Source: Candidatus Harrisonbacteria bacterium CG10_big_fil_rev_8_21_14_0_10_49_15 (lineage in GTDB: Bacteria > Patescibacteriota > Minisyncoccia > UBA6257 > 1-14-0-10-44-23). From it: a DNA stretch of 64,000 nt. The notes under the pieces were generated by a model. It made no database searches. It worked only from the letters and a program-made list of their open reading frames with translations, and was not told the DNA's origin. The position numbers and the translations under genes were made by a program. Location of the stretch: NCBI GenBank assembly GCA_002773415.1, contig PFBD01000020.1:25667-89666 (forward strand). Direction: 5' to 3'. Shown here piece after piece: positions 48,319 to 57,134 of the stretch (the stretch's first letter is position 1; the number at the start of each line of letters is the position of its first letter).

Positions 48319-48690
48319 ATGCGAAGACACAAGAAACAACAAGTAGTTACCAAAAAGCGGACCGTTCGGACACGAGCTCGTATTTTGGGCACTTCAACTC
48401 GTCCGCGATTGTCTATATTCCGGAGCAATAAAGGATTGTATGTTCAGCTTATTGACGATGCTAGTGGCAAGACAGTTGTTTCAAGTTCTGTCCGAGACGC
48501 GGCTGCGGCTCCAAAGGGTATGGATTTAACACCTGGCCGAGCAAGGGCATTTGAATTAGGCAAACAGATTGCTGATAAGGCTGTAAAGGCTGGGGTGTCT
48601 GAAGTTGTTTTTGACAGGGGTAGCTATCGTTATCATGGTAGAGTGCAGTCATTTGCGGATGGCGCGCGTGATGGAGGCTTAAAATTCTAG
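48319..48690 (+). CDS. rplR: 50S ribosomal protein L18
   Basis: Conserved L18. Confidence 0.9.
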   Translation: MRRHKKQQVVTKKRTVRTRARILGTSTRPRLSIFRSNKGLYVQLIDDASGKTVVSSSVRDAAAAPKGMDLTPGRARAFELGKQIADKAVKAGVSEVVFDRGSYRYHGRVQSFADGARDGGLKF

Positions 48691-48703
48691 GTAATGACTG
48701 AAT

Positions 48704-49342
48704 ATGGAAAATAATAACAAACAACAGGGCGGGCAGGGATCGGTTAAGACCAAGACCGCTGAAGGAGTAAAGACTACGTTTCGCGGTGGGGCTCCAACTG
48801 GACCTCGAGGACGTCGGCCGGGGGGGGCACGTGGCAAAAAGCCATTTGTGCGAGCGAAGCAGGAGTTTAAAGAAAAAGTTATTGACCTGCGGCGCGTGAC
48901 TCGAGTTATGGCTGGTGGTAAGCGTTTTCGTTTCCGAACTACGATCATTATTGGTGATGAGCGCGGTCGGGTTGGCGTTGGTACCGGTAAAGGTGTAGAT
49001 GTTGTTCAGTCTATTGGAAAAGCCAAGAATGACGCAAAGAAGAACATGATTAAGGTTTCGCTAGAAAAGAACACTATCCCGCACGAGGTGGAGGCAAAGT
49101 TTTCGGCAGCGAGGGTTTTGTTGAAGCCTGCGAAGGAGGGGAATGGTTTGGTTGCCGGAGGCGCTGTGCGAACAGTTTTGACTTTAGCCGGCGTGAAAGA
49201 TATCACGGCAAAGTGTCTTGGTGGAACTACAAATAAGTTAACAAATGCATGGGCGACGATTGAGGCACTGAAGCGAATAAAACCAAAGACCGCGCGTGTT
49301 AAGTTCAGTAATAGATGGAAGCCAGAAGTGGAAAGTGAATAA
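48704..49342 (+). CDS. rpsE: 30S ribosomal protein S5 (with a Gly/Arg-rich N-terminal extension)
   Basis: S5 dsRBD and C-terminal domain. Confidence 0.95.
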   Translation: MENNNKQQGGQGSVKTKTAEGVKTTFRGGAPTGPRGRRPGGARGKKPFVRAKQEFKEKVIDLRRVTRVMAGGKRFRFRTTIIIGDERGRVGVGTGKGVDVVQSIGKAKNDAKKNMIKVSLEKNTIPHEVEAKFSAARVLLKPAKEGNGLVAGGAVRTVLTLAGVKDITAKCLGGTTNKLTNAWATIEALKRIKPKTARVKFSNRWKPEVESE

Positions 49343-49350
49343 TTTTACAT

Positions 49351-49770
49351 ATGCAACTGCACGAACTAAAACCAAAAAATAAAAGGATTGCCAAGCAGAC
49401 CAGGATCGGGCGTGGTGGTAAGCGTGGTACCACTTCCGGTCGCGGTCAGAAGGGACAGCGGGCTCGTTCCGGTCACCGGATTCGTCCGGCGGTGCGGGAT
49501 CTGTTGCAGCGCTTGCCAAAGTTGCGTGGATACAGCAACAACCCGAAATCCGCCTCTTTCCAGGTTCTTAATGTTGGCGATTTGAATCGTTTGGCGGGAT
49601 CAGAGATCTCTTTAAAGACTTTAGCCGAGGCTAGTTTGATTCGTGGAAAAAAGCCGGTGAAGATCTTGGGTTCGGGCGTTATCGACCGAAAGATGACTGT
49701 TACAGGTATTGTCGTTTCAAAGACAGCCAAGGAGAAGATTGAGGCCGCCGGCGGTACAGTCTCCGAATAA
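49351..49770 (+). CDS. rplO: 50S ribosomal protein L15
   Basis: Conserved L15. It follows rpsE by 8 nt, so there is no L30 gene. Confidence 0.9.
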   Translation: MQLHELKPKNKRIAKQTRIGRGGKRGTTSGRGQKGQRARSGHRIRPAVRDLLQRLPKLRGYSNNPKSASFQVLNVGDLNRLAGSEISLKTLAEASLIRGKKPVKILGSGVIDRKMTVTGIVVSKTAKEKIEAAGGTVSE

Positions 49771-49858
49771 CGAATTATAAATCGAATCAGCGAATGTAAA
49801 ATAAAGTGATGGATAAGGATTCGATGATTCGTTAATCTATTCGATATTCGCAAACAAT

Positions 49859-51136
49859 ATGATTGGAAATTTTTTCAAAGCATTCACTGTACCGGAGATT
49901 CGGAACAAGATCTTGGCGATCGCTGGCTTGATTATTGGTTTTCGGCTTTTGGCGACTATCCCGATTCCCGGCGTTGACCTTGCCAGCTTGCAACAGCTTT
50001 TTGGTTCTAATCAGTTACTGGGCTTTTTGAACTTATTTTCCGGTGGTGGTTTGAGTAATCTTTCCATCATGATGCTTGGTGTTGGTCCGTACATTACGGC
50101 GACGATTATCATGCAGCTGCTGACGATGATCAGCCCGCGAATAAAAGAGATTTATTATGAGTCTGGCGCGGCTGGCCGGGCTAAGTTTAACCAGATCTCT
50201 CGGTACCTAACCGTTCCTTTGGCAGCCTTGCAGGGATTTGGTTTTTTGAACTTACTGCGTAGCCAGGGCGTGCTGCCGGAGATGACCGCCATTGGCCTGA
50301 TTGAGAACATCGTCATTATTACCGCCGGTTCGCTTGTTTTGACCTGGATTGGTGAGCTTATCAGTGAATATAAAATAGGTAATGGTATTTCTATAATCAT
50401 TTTCGCGGGTATTGTCGCCGCCTTGCCGGGAACAGTTCGGAATTTGTTCGCGACTTATTCTCCGGAGCTTTTGCAGACGTACATTGTCTTCGCCTTGCTG
50501 GCGGTGGTTATTATTGCCGGTGTGGTCTTTGTTTCCGAGGGTGAGCGTAAAGTGCCGGTGACATATGCGAAACGAGTTAGAGGTAACAAAGTCTATGGGG
50601 GTGCGACCAGCTATCTGCCACTGAAGGTGAACCAGGCCGGTGTTATCCCGATTATCTTTGCTATCTCGATACTGCTCTTCCCGCAGTTTGTGGCTCAAAT
50701 AGCTGCTTTGTTTTCTCCAGACTTGTCACTTACGCTTCAAAACTGGGTAAATATTGTTTTCAATAACCAGATCATTTACATTCTTTTTTACTTTTTGCTT
50801 GTGGTTGTGTTCACTTACTTTTACACCGCGATCACTTTCAATCCGGAAGAGATCTCAAAGAGCTTGCAGCAGAGTGGCGGATTTGTGCCGGGTATTCGGC
50901 CGGGTCAGCCAACGACCGACTTTTTGAAGAGTACGACCGGCAGGATAACTCTTTTTGGCGCTATTTTCTTGGGTGTTGTCGCGGTTTTGCCGAACATTGT
51001 TCAGCTCTTTACCGGCGTTCAGGCTTTTGCTCTTGGCGGCACCGCGCTTTTGATCGTGGTTGCTGTGGCGCTGGAAATAGCTCGGCAGATATCTTCCCAG
51101 CTTACGGTTCGGGAGTATGAGGGGATTGGGTATTAG
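49859..51136 (+). CDS. secY: Preprotein translocase subunit SecY
   Basis: 10 TM helices and SecY signature regions. Confidence 0.95.
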   Translation: MIGNFFKAFTVPEIRNKILAIAGLIIGFRLLATIPIPGVDLASLQQLFGSNQLLGFLNLFSGGGLSNLSIMMLGVGPYITATIIMQLLTMISPRIKEIYYESGAAGRAKFNQISRYLTVPLAALQGFGFLNLLRSQGVLPEMTAIGLIENIVIITAGSLVLTWIGELISEYKIGNGISIIIFAGIVAALPGTVRNLFATYSPELLQTYIVFALLAVVIIAGVVFVSEGERKVPVTYAKRVRGNKVYGGATSYLPLKVNQAGVIPIIFAISILLFPQFVAQIAALFSPDLSLTLQNWVNIVFNNQIIYILFYFLLVVVFTYFYTAITFNPEEISKSLQQSGGFVPGIRPGQPTTDFLKSTTGRITLFGAIFLGVVAVLPNIVQLFTGVQAFALGGTALLIVVAVALEIARQISSQLTVREYEGIGY

Positions 51137-51276
51137 AAACTAGAAACTAGAAACAAGCGGAAGATGGAAAAAGGAAGAATGAAGGAGGAAGGAGGAAGGA
51201 GGAACTGGAAACCTAGATTAAAAATGGCTCACACGGTAAAAATGACCATGTGAGCCGTTTTTGGTATAATGAAAGT

Positions 51277-52404
51277 ATGCAATTTCTTAAGGATATTCAG
51301 GAGGAGCTGGCCGGCAAGACGGTTCTTTTGAGGACCGACCTAAACGCTGAGTCTGCGGAGGATTCTTTTAAGATTGAAAAATCTATTGGGACCCTGCGTT
51401 TTTTGTTGGAACGGGGGGCGAAGGTGGTGGTGATGAGCCATCGTGGCCGGCCTACTGAGGACCAGGTTTCTCCGAGGCGACCTGAAAATATCCCGGAAGA
51501 ATTTAGTTTGCGGTTTGTACTGCCTTTTTTAGAAGAGCATTTGAAAGTAGTTCCCAAGTTTTTACCGGATTTTGATTTTGGGGCGCATAAGCAGTCTGTC
51601 GCCGCGGTGCCAGCCGGGTCTTTGTTTGTTTTAGAGAACGTCCGTCTGCATTCGGGAGAGAACTCTGGTGACCTTGAGTATGCCAAGCAGATGGCGAGCT
51701 TGGGAGATATTTACGTTAATGACGCTTTTGGTTCTTGGCATCCGGGTGCTAGTGTCACGGAGCTGCCAAAGCTTTTACCGGCATATGCGGGCTTGCTGAT
51801 GGAGGCGGAGCTGGAGCATTTGAATCATGTTATGGATGGCGCGCCAACGCCGCGAATAGTTATTTTAGGCGGTGGAAAGGCGGCGGATAAGTTCTCGGTC
51901 ATCAAAAATCTGTATGACCGCACGGACGCCTTTTTAATTGGTGGTATTTTAGCCAACACGTTTTTAAAAGCTCGGGGTATGGATGTTGGTAGTTCTGTGA
52001 TTGATGAAGAGATAGTAGAGCAGGTGAATAGTTTTTCATCTGACGCGAAAATAATTCTGCCGATTGATTTTATAAAAGATGCTGAAGGTAAGATATTGGA
52101 TATTGGCCCAGAGAGCCGAAAATTATTTAGTGAGCATGTCGCGGTCAGCAAGACGGTTATTTGGAACGGTCCGTTAGGTTACTTTGAGGATCCGGCCTTC
52201 CGGGCGGGTTCAGAGCGGATAGCAAAGGTGATCGCGGATACGAGTAATTGTGCCGTTGTTGGCGGCGGTGAGACTACGCAGCTTATCTTAGAGATGGGCA
52301 TGAGTAATGCCTTTACCTGGCTTTCGACGGGCGGCGGTGCTATGCTGGCGTTTCTAGCCGGAAAACGTTTAGCTGGGTTGGAGGCCCTTGGATATTATGA
52401 ATAA
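51277..52404 (+). CDS. pgk: Phosphoglycerate kinase (leaderless start overlapping a TATAAT box)
   Basis: PGK N- and C-domains and the GGGA.L motif. ATG lies right after tggtataatgaaagt. Confidence 0.85.
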   Translation: MQFLKDIQEELAGKTVLLRTDLNAESAEDSFKIEKSIGTLRFLLERGAKVVVMSHRGRPTEDQVSPRRPENIPEEFSLRFVLPFLEEHLKVVPKFLPDFDFGAHKQSVAAVPAGSLFVLENVRLHSGENSGDLEYAKQMASLGDIYVNDAFGSWHPGASVTELPKLLPAYAGLLMEAELEHLNHVMDGAPTPRIVILGGGKAADKFSVIKNLYDRTDAFLIGGILANTFLKARGMDVGSSVIDEEIVEQVNSFSSDAKIILPIDFIKDAEGKILDIGPESRKLFSEHVAVSKTVIWNGPLGYFEDPAFRAGSERIAKVIADTSNCAVVGGGETTQLILEMGMSNAFTWLSTGGGAMLAFLAGKRLAGLEALGYYE

Positions 52405-52458
52405 GTTTTGGAGGTTTTATCTTAGGTAAATTAGAACAATTAGTATAATTAGAAATTC

Positions 52459-53055
52459 TTGGATATGGACACCGATAATGTAATGAGTACAGAGGACGTA
52501 AAGCAGTTTTTTGTTCAGGATGCTGATTTGGTTGTCGTTGATACTGAGTTTACGAGTTTGGAATTTATGAAGAGCGAGCTTGTGGAGATTGGTTTAGTGA
52601 AGCTTAAGGCGAAGACTTACGAGGTTATTGGCGAGGAGGATATTAAAATAAAGCCGACGAGGATTGAAACTGCTTCGCCGAAGTCGCTGGAAATAATTGG
52701 CTATTCGCAGGAAGAGTGGGATCGGGATGGTGTATCGCTAACTGAAGGCTTGCAGCGATTTTTGAACTATACTGACCAATGCATGCTGGTGGCGCATAAC
52801 CTACCGGCGGACTGGATGGTCTTGCGGCGCGCATTTGAAGAGGTGGGGCTGAAAGAGAATTTTTACTATAAGGGTTTAGATACTTTTTCGTTGGCGTTTG
52901 CGAAGTTGGGCGGAGTCAGTAGCTCCACGGGGTTTGAGCGTTACTCGCTTGGAGAGTTGGCAAAACACTTTGGAGTTGACGAAGGGCAGAAGCACCGGGC
53001 AATAGATGACGCCAGGGCGACAGCGGAGATATTTAAGAAGTTAATGGCACTATGA
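52459..53055 (+). CDS. DEDDh 3'-5' exonuclease (DnaQ-like)
   Basis: Exo I VVDTEFT, Exo II AHN, Exo III H....DA. Confidence 0.75.
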   Translation: MDMDTDNVMSTEDVKQFFVQDADLVVVDTEFTSLEFMKSELVEIGLVKLKAKTYEVIGEEDIKIKPTRIETASPKSLEIIGYSQEEWDRDGVSLTEGLQRFLNYTDQCMLVAHNLPADWMVLRRAFEEVGLKENFYYKGLDTFSLAFAKLGGVSSSTGFERYSLGELAKHFGVDEGQKHRAIDDARATAEIFKKLMAL

Positions 53056-53465
53056 GTAATAAGTTAATTATTTACACGGACGGGGGGTCGCGTGGCAATC
53101 CCGGTCCGGCGGCGGCTGGCTGGGTTATTGATGGCAAGGGGTATGGAGCATATCTTGGCACAGAGACGAATAACATCGCGGAGTACACGGCCATTGTGCT
53201 GGCGCTGGAGAAGGCGAGGGCACTGCTTGGAAAAACAAAGGCAAAAGCGACAGAGGTAGAGATGCGGATGGATAGCGAGTTGGCTGTGAAGCAGTTAAAT
53301 GGAGAGTATCGAATAAAGAACGAGGGGATTCAACCGCTGTTCTTTAAGATCTGGAACCTGAAGTTTGATTTTAAATCGGTTGAGTTTGTACATGTGCGTC
53401 GCGAGCTAAACAAAGAAGCGGATGCGATGGTGAATAAGGCGTTGGATGAGAAATTAGGAAATTAG
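53052..53465 (+). CDS. rnhA: Ribonuclease HI
   Basis: IYTDGGSRGNPGPAAAGWV, NNIAEYTAIVLALE. Confidence 0.85.
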   Translation: MSNKLIIYTDGGSRGNPGPAAAGWVIDGKGYGAYLGTETNNIAEYTAIVLALEKARALLGKTKAKATEVEMRMDSELAVKQLNGEYRIKNEGIQPLFFKIWNLKFDFKSVEFVHVRRELNKEADAMVNKALDEKLGN

Positions 53466-53484
53466 GAAATTGGGAAATTGAACC

Positions 53485-53508
53485 AAAAAAGGCCCGAAGG
53501 CCTTTTTT
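53485..53508. terminator. Bidirectional terminator (aaaaaaggcccgaaggcctttttt)
   Basis: Perfect stem with A/T runs on both sides. Confidence 0.7.
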
Positions 53509-53510
53509 GG

Positions 53511-53912
53511 TTGGTAGCGATAAGCCGGATTCTGTTACCCAGCCCCACTTTTTCAATGAATTTTTACCATTCATTGAAAAAGTGGGGCTGGGTGACAGCG
53601 ATTTATCTAGGTCAGTAATTACTTACTGACTCAAGCGACTCTTCCACGATCTTGCGATCGGGACGCGGTCTTGCACCCCGTAAGAATTTAGCCGTTTCAC
53701 CCCAGCTTTTCTATCTCTATAGCTGGATTAGACCTTTTGGCCTGAGATTAGGTCTTCTTTGGCTTTCGCCTCAGACGTCACTGCTCGCATCTCTTGGTTG
53801 CCCATGGCGGCTGTTAGCCGCTACGTTTTTGACCCCGGCAAAAGCCGGAGAAATGGAGTCCGGACTTTCCTCCCCTTGGTTTTATCCAAAGAGTAGCTGT
53901 CCTGCTACCGAA
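53511..53912 (-). ncRNA. rnpB: RNase P RNA (bacterial type A), ~400 nt
   Basis: Minus strand contains GGGAGGAAAGUCCGGACUCC (P4 5' strand), GGGGUGAAACGGC, and ACAGAAUCCGGCUUAUCGCUACC (P4 3' strand) pairing with the 5' GGUAGC (P1). It overlaps the spurious ORF 53652..53993. Confidence 0.8.
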
Positions 53913-54140
53913 GGCAATTATACCAGCATTTTTATTTTTTGCAATTGTCTATATTTGACCACATGTGCAATAGCCTGGGCACGGATTTCTTGACACGTTT
54001 GCCGACTTATTAAGAACACATGAAGAAGGCATTGACAAGACCACTAGACAATGCTAGGTTGATTGTTGCCTGGTTTTCTGGGCGTTTCTGATTTTTTTCT
54101 TTGGTTTTTCCGCCCTGGTGGCGGAGGAAGGAGCGGTGCG

Positions 54141-55073
54141 ATGAGCACTCGCTTTCTCGCCGCCTTGATGGCGGTTCTGGCTCTGGCTGCGATTAGCGTG
54201 GCTGGGCAGAGGATTCGGGCGGAGATCGAACTCCGGAATCCGAACGGGGCGGACTTGATCTTCAAGGTCGTCGTCGTGAACGCAGAGGATGGAAATGCCA
54301 AGCGAAAGCTGGCCAAGACTCGCATTCGCGGCGAGGGCGAGACTGAGCTCCGTCTTCGGGGCCGCGACTACTCCGAGAATTCTCGGCTTGTCGCCAAGGT
54401 TTCGGTGCGGCGCCGTGGTAAGTACTGGGATGCAGAGCTCGGGGAGATGCGTCGGCGGAACTGGTGGCCGGTCGCTGAGGCGGCGGTCCACGCTACCAAC
54501 GAAACCGGATCTGAGAGGATCCGATTCGTGATGGACATCCCTCTGCTTACGCAGATGCCGTTTGCCGATTTCGACGGCGACGGCGTGGCGGACGAAGACG
54601 ATGCCTGCCCGACTGAAGCCGGACCGGCCTCGAACCAGGGCTGCCCGGTGGACGATCCGGAGCCGAATCCGGCTCGTTCCGGCATCGTCTTGCACAACAT
54701 GACGACCGCCGGCACCATCTGGAACACGCCTGACGGGAGCAATCCCGCACGGTGTTTCCAGATAACGGAGGCCGGACACCCCGGTGTTCGGTGGACCTTC
54801 CGGCTGACCTCCGTCTCGGAGTTGCTGCCGGAGGACCTGACCTCGACGGATTCTCGTCGATGGCCGGTCCTGTTCAGCGAACAATCCCTTCGGGGGGCGA
54901 TGGGGGCGACGTTCCCGTCGTCCACTTCGTACCGGGAGATTTTCCGGCCGGAGAGCCCTCTTCTCTGGGAGTTCCAGGCCTTCGGCACCGATGTCGGTGA
55001 CGGGTGGAGCAACCTGGACTTCCACTGGGAGGAAGACACAGAGAAGTGGCTGCTGCACATCTACGTGCGGTAG
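54141..55073 (+). CDS. GC-rich secreted protein with a thrombospondin-type-3/OmpA-like Ca-binding motif
   Basis: SD ggaggaaggag, signal peptide MSTRFLAALMAVLALAAISVAG, then DFDGDGVADEDDACP. About 65% GC. Confidence 0.6.
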   Translation: MSTRFLAALMAVLALAAISVAGQRIRAEIELRNPNGADLIFKVVVVNAEDGNAKRKLAKTRIRGEGETELRLRGRDYSENSRLVAKVSVRRRGKYWDAELGEMRRRNWWPVAEAAVHATNETGSERIRFVMDIPLLTQMPFADFDGDGVADEDDACPTEAGPASNQGCPVDDPEPNPARSGIVLHNMTTAGTIWNTPDGSNPARCFQITEAGHPGVRWTFRLTSVSELLPEDLTSTDSRRWPVLFSEQSLRGAMGATFPSSTSYREIFRPESPLLWEFQAFGTDVGDGWSNLDFHWEEDTEKWLLHIYVR

Positions 55074-55160
55074 CCAGAGGTCTGCTTGAGCCTTGGCTCG
55101 GGCGGACAGCATGAGAGGGTCGGCAAGTTGCTCACGCGCTTGCCGGCCCCCTCGGAAACA

Positions 55161-55189
55161 TTGACAATTTTTAAAAAATATTCTATACT
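55161..55189 (+). promoter_or_regulatory. Sigma-70-like promoter TTGACA-17-TATACT for the surface-protein gene
   Basis: Read directly. Confidence 0.55.
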
Positions 55190-55198
55190 TAATTTAAC

Positions 55199-57118
55199 TT
55201 GAAAAATATGAAAATGAAATTCAAAAAACTTTTTGCATTTTCTTTGGCGCTGGCGATGGTTTTCCAGTATGCGCCGGCTTTGGCGGCTTATAATACCGGC
55301 ACCGGTTCTGCGGTTGATACCAGTTATAATACTGGCTCCGGTACTCAGAACACTACCTATAACACCGGCAGTGGTTCTTCGGTAACCGATTCTAGCTATA
55401 ATGTCGGCTCCGGTTCTGCTGTGAGTTCGAGTTATAACACTGGTAGTGGCTCTGCTGTTCAGGATGATTCTACCTATAACACTGGCAGTGGCTCTGCTGT
55501 TCAGGATGATTCTACCTATAACACTGGCAGTGGCTCTGCTGTAACTACAACCTATAACACCGGTGCTGGTAGCGCGGTTAACTCCGATTATAACACCGGT
55601 ACTGGAACGGAGGTAACGACCAATTACAACACGGGCTCGGGTTCGGCTGTGACTACGACTTACAATACAGGCACCGGTACGGCTATTTATGCTTGTAATG
55701 ATGGTATTGATAACGACGGGGACGGTTTGGTTGATTTAAATGACCCGGGCTGCGTTAGTAGCACTGATACCAGTGAGCAGAATGTGGTTGTGCAAAACAA
55801 TCCGCCTATCTGGAATCAGGTCAGTAACCGGACGGTGAATGTTGGCCAGGGTTTGAACATCAATGTTTCCGCTTTTGATCCGGACGGCGACGCGCTGACT
55901 TACAGCAGTGTTACTTTGCCGGCGAACTCTAGCTTTAACGCAACCACTCGTTTATTTAGTTTTACTCCTTCTAGTGGCCAGGCTGGCAACACCTATCAGG
56001 TTACTCTGCGAGTTAGTGATGGCGTGAACTCGCCGGTGCAGATGAGCTTTACTGTGTTTGTGAATCAAAATCAACAGCCGCCGTTTGATGATAATGACGC
56101 GCCTCTGTGTACGTTTGTGAATAGCCGAACCGTTGACGTGAATGACACGGTAAGTTTCTTTGTGAATGCGTTTGACCCGGATGGCGATAACCTGACCTTT
56201 AGCGTCAGCGACCGGCCGTCTAACTCAAGCCTGAATAGCAGTACCGGATTTTTCAGTTTTTCACCGAGTCGCAGTCAGGAGGGGAATACTTACTTCTTGC
56301 AGTTTACGGCACGGGACCCGGAGGGCTTGAGCTGTACGACCTCTGCTCAGATCAGGGTGTTTGAGGATGATGACGACGATGATTTTGACTTTGATGATGA
56401 CGACCTGGAGTGGCCGTTCTTTAGCACTCAGCGGTTAGATGTTGGGGAGAATTTTGATAGGACTTTTAGGGTGCGTGATCATAACTCCCGTGTTGACTAC
56501 GACGCTTCTAACCTCCCTTCCGGAGCGGATTATGATGATAATGGGCGCTTTGAATGGAGGCCGCGTAGCAACCAAGAGGGTACTTGGTTTATCACCTTCC
56601 GAGCGGAGCGAGACGGCGATAGAGCAACTCGTACGGTGCGCTTTGAAGTTGGCGATGATGACTTTGACGACGATGATGACTTTAATCGCCGACCGGTCTT
56701 TATTTCAAGTCCGCAGACAGCCGCGGTTGTAAATCGGGTTTACCAGTATGACGCGAACGCGTTTGACCAAGATGGAGATACTCTTCGTTACAGTCTGGCC
56801 AGGGCGCCATCTGGTGCATCCATAGATCAGAACACAGGCTTTGTGACTTGGGTGCCGACACTTTCTGATGCTGGTCGGAGTTTCCAGTTCACTGTTCAGG
56901 TGACAGATAGACGGACAAGTCCGGTGGATCAGTCTTTTACAGTCTTTGTGCAGCCGCAGGGGCAGGTCTTGGGTACCAGCGACACACCTGGTTTTCCAAA
57001 CACCGGTGCCGGTGGTTCAGCGATGAACAGAATGCTTTTGCCGCTTAGCCTTGTGGCTGCCTTGAGCGCGCTTGGACTATTCTTGCTTCGCCGGATGAAT
57101 GCTTCGCGAGTACGATAA
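55199..57118 (+). CDS. Cell-surface protein and predicted sortase substrate. Has 11 tandem YNTG(S/T)GSAV-type repeats, a Cys-bracketed Ca-binding Asp-rich module, three cadherin-like/putative-Ig domains, and a C-terminal FPNTGAGG sorting signal with TM and basic tail
   Basis: Signal peptide. Repeats span 55290-55700. DPDGD(A/N)LT(Y/F)S repeats are typical of the putative-Ig domain. C-terminus ..GFPNTGAGGSAMNRMLLPLSLVAALSALGLFLLRRMNASR. Confidence 0.75.
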   Translation: MKNMKMKFKKLFAFSLALAMVFQYAPALAAYNTGTGSAVDTSYNTGSGTQNTTYNTGSGSSVTDSSYNVGSGSAVSSSYNTGSGSAVQDDSTYNTGSGSAVQDDSTYNTGSGSAVTTTYNTGAGSAVNSDYNTGTGTEVTTNYNTGSGSAVTTTYNTGTGTAIYACNDGIDNDGDGLVDLNDPGCVSSTDTSEQNVVVQNNPPIWNQVSNRTVNVGQGLNINVSAFDPDGDALTYSSVTLPANSSFNATTRLFSFTPSSGQAGNTYQVTLRVSDGVNSPVQMSFTVFVNQNQQPPFDDNDAPLCTFVNSRTVDVNDTVSFFVNAFDPDGDNLTFSVSDRPSNSSLNSSTGFFSFSPSRSQEGNTYFLQFTARDPEGLSCTTSAQIRVFEDDDDDDFDFDDDDLEWPFFSTQRLDVGENFDRTFRVRDHNSRVDYDASNLPSGADYDDNGRFEWRPRSNQEGTWFITFRAERDGDRATRTVRFEVGDDDFDDDDDFNRRPVFISSPQTAAVVNRVYQYDANAFDQDGDTLRYSLARAPSGASIDQNTGFVTWVPTLSDAGRSFQFTVQVTDRRTSPVDQSFTVFVQPQGQVLGTSDTPGFPNTGAGGSAMNRMLLPLSLVAALSALGLFLLRRMNASRVR

Positions 57119-57134
57119 GTTTAATAATCTTATT

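Noticed and set aside
53652-53993. 113-aa plus-strand ORF
   Set aside because: It overlaps the RNase P RNA gene on the opposite strand. Its composition and lack of SD argue against it being real.
55290-55700. Regular ~36-42-bp DNA periodicity that could be mistaken for a CRISPR array
   Set aside because: It is the in-frame coding repeat (YNTGSGSAV)n of the surface protein. There are no unique spacers, no leader and no cas genes.
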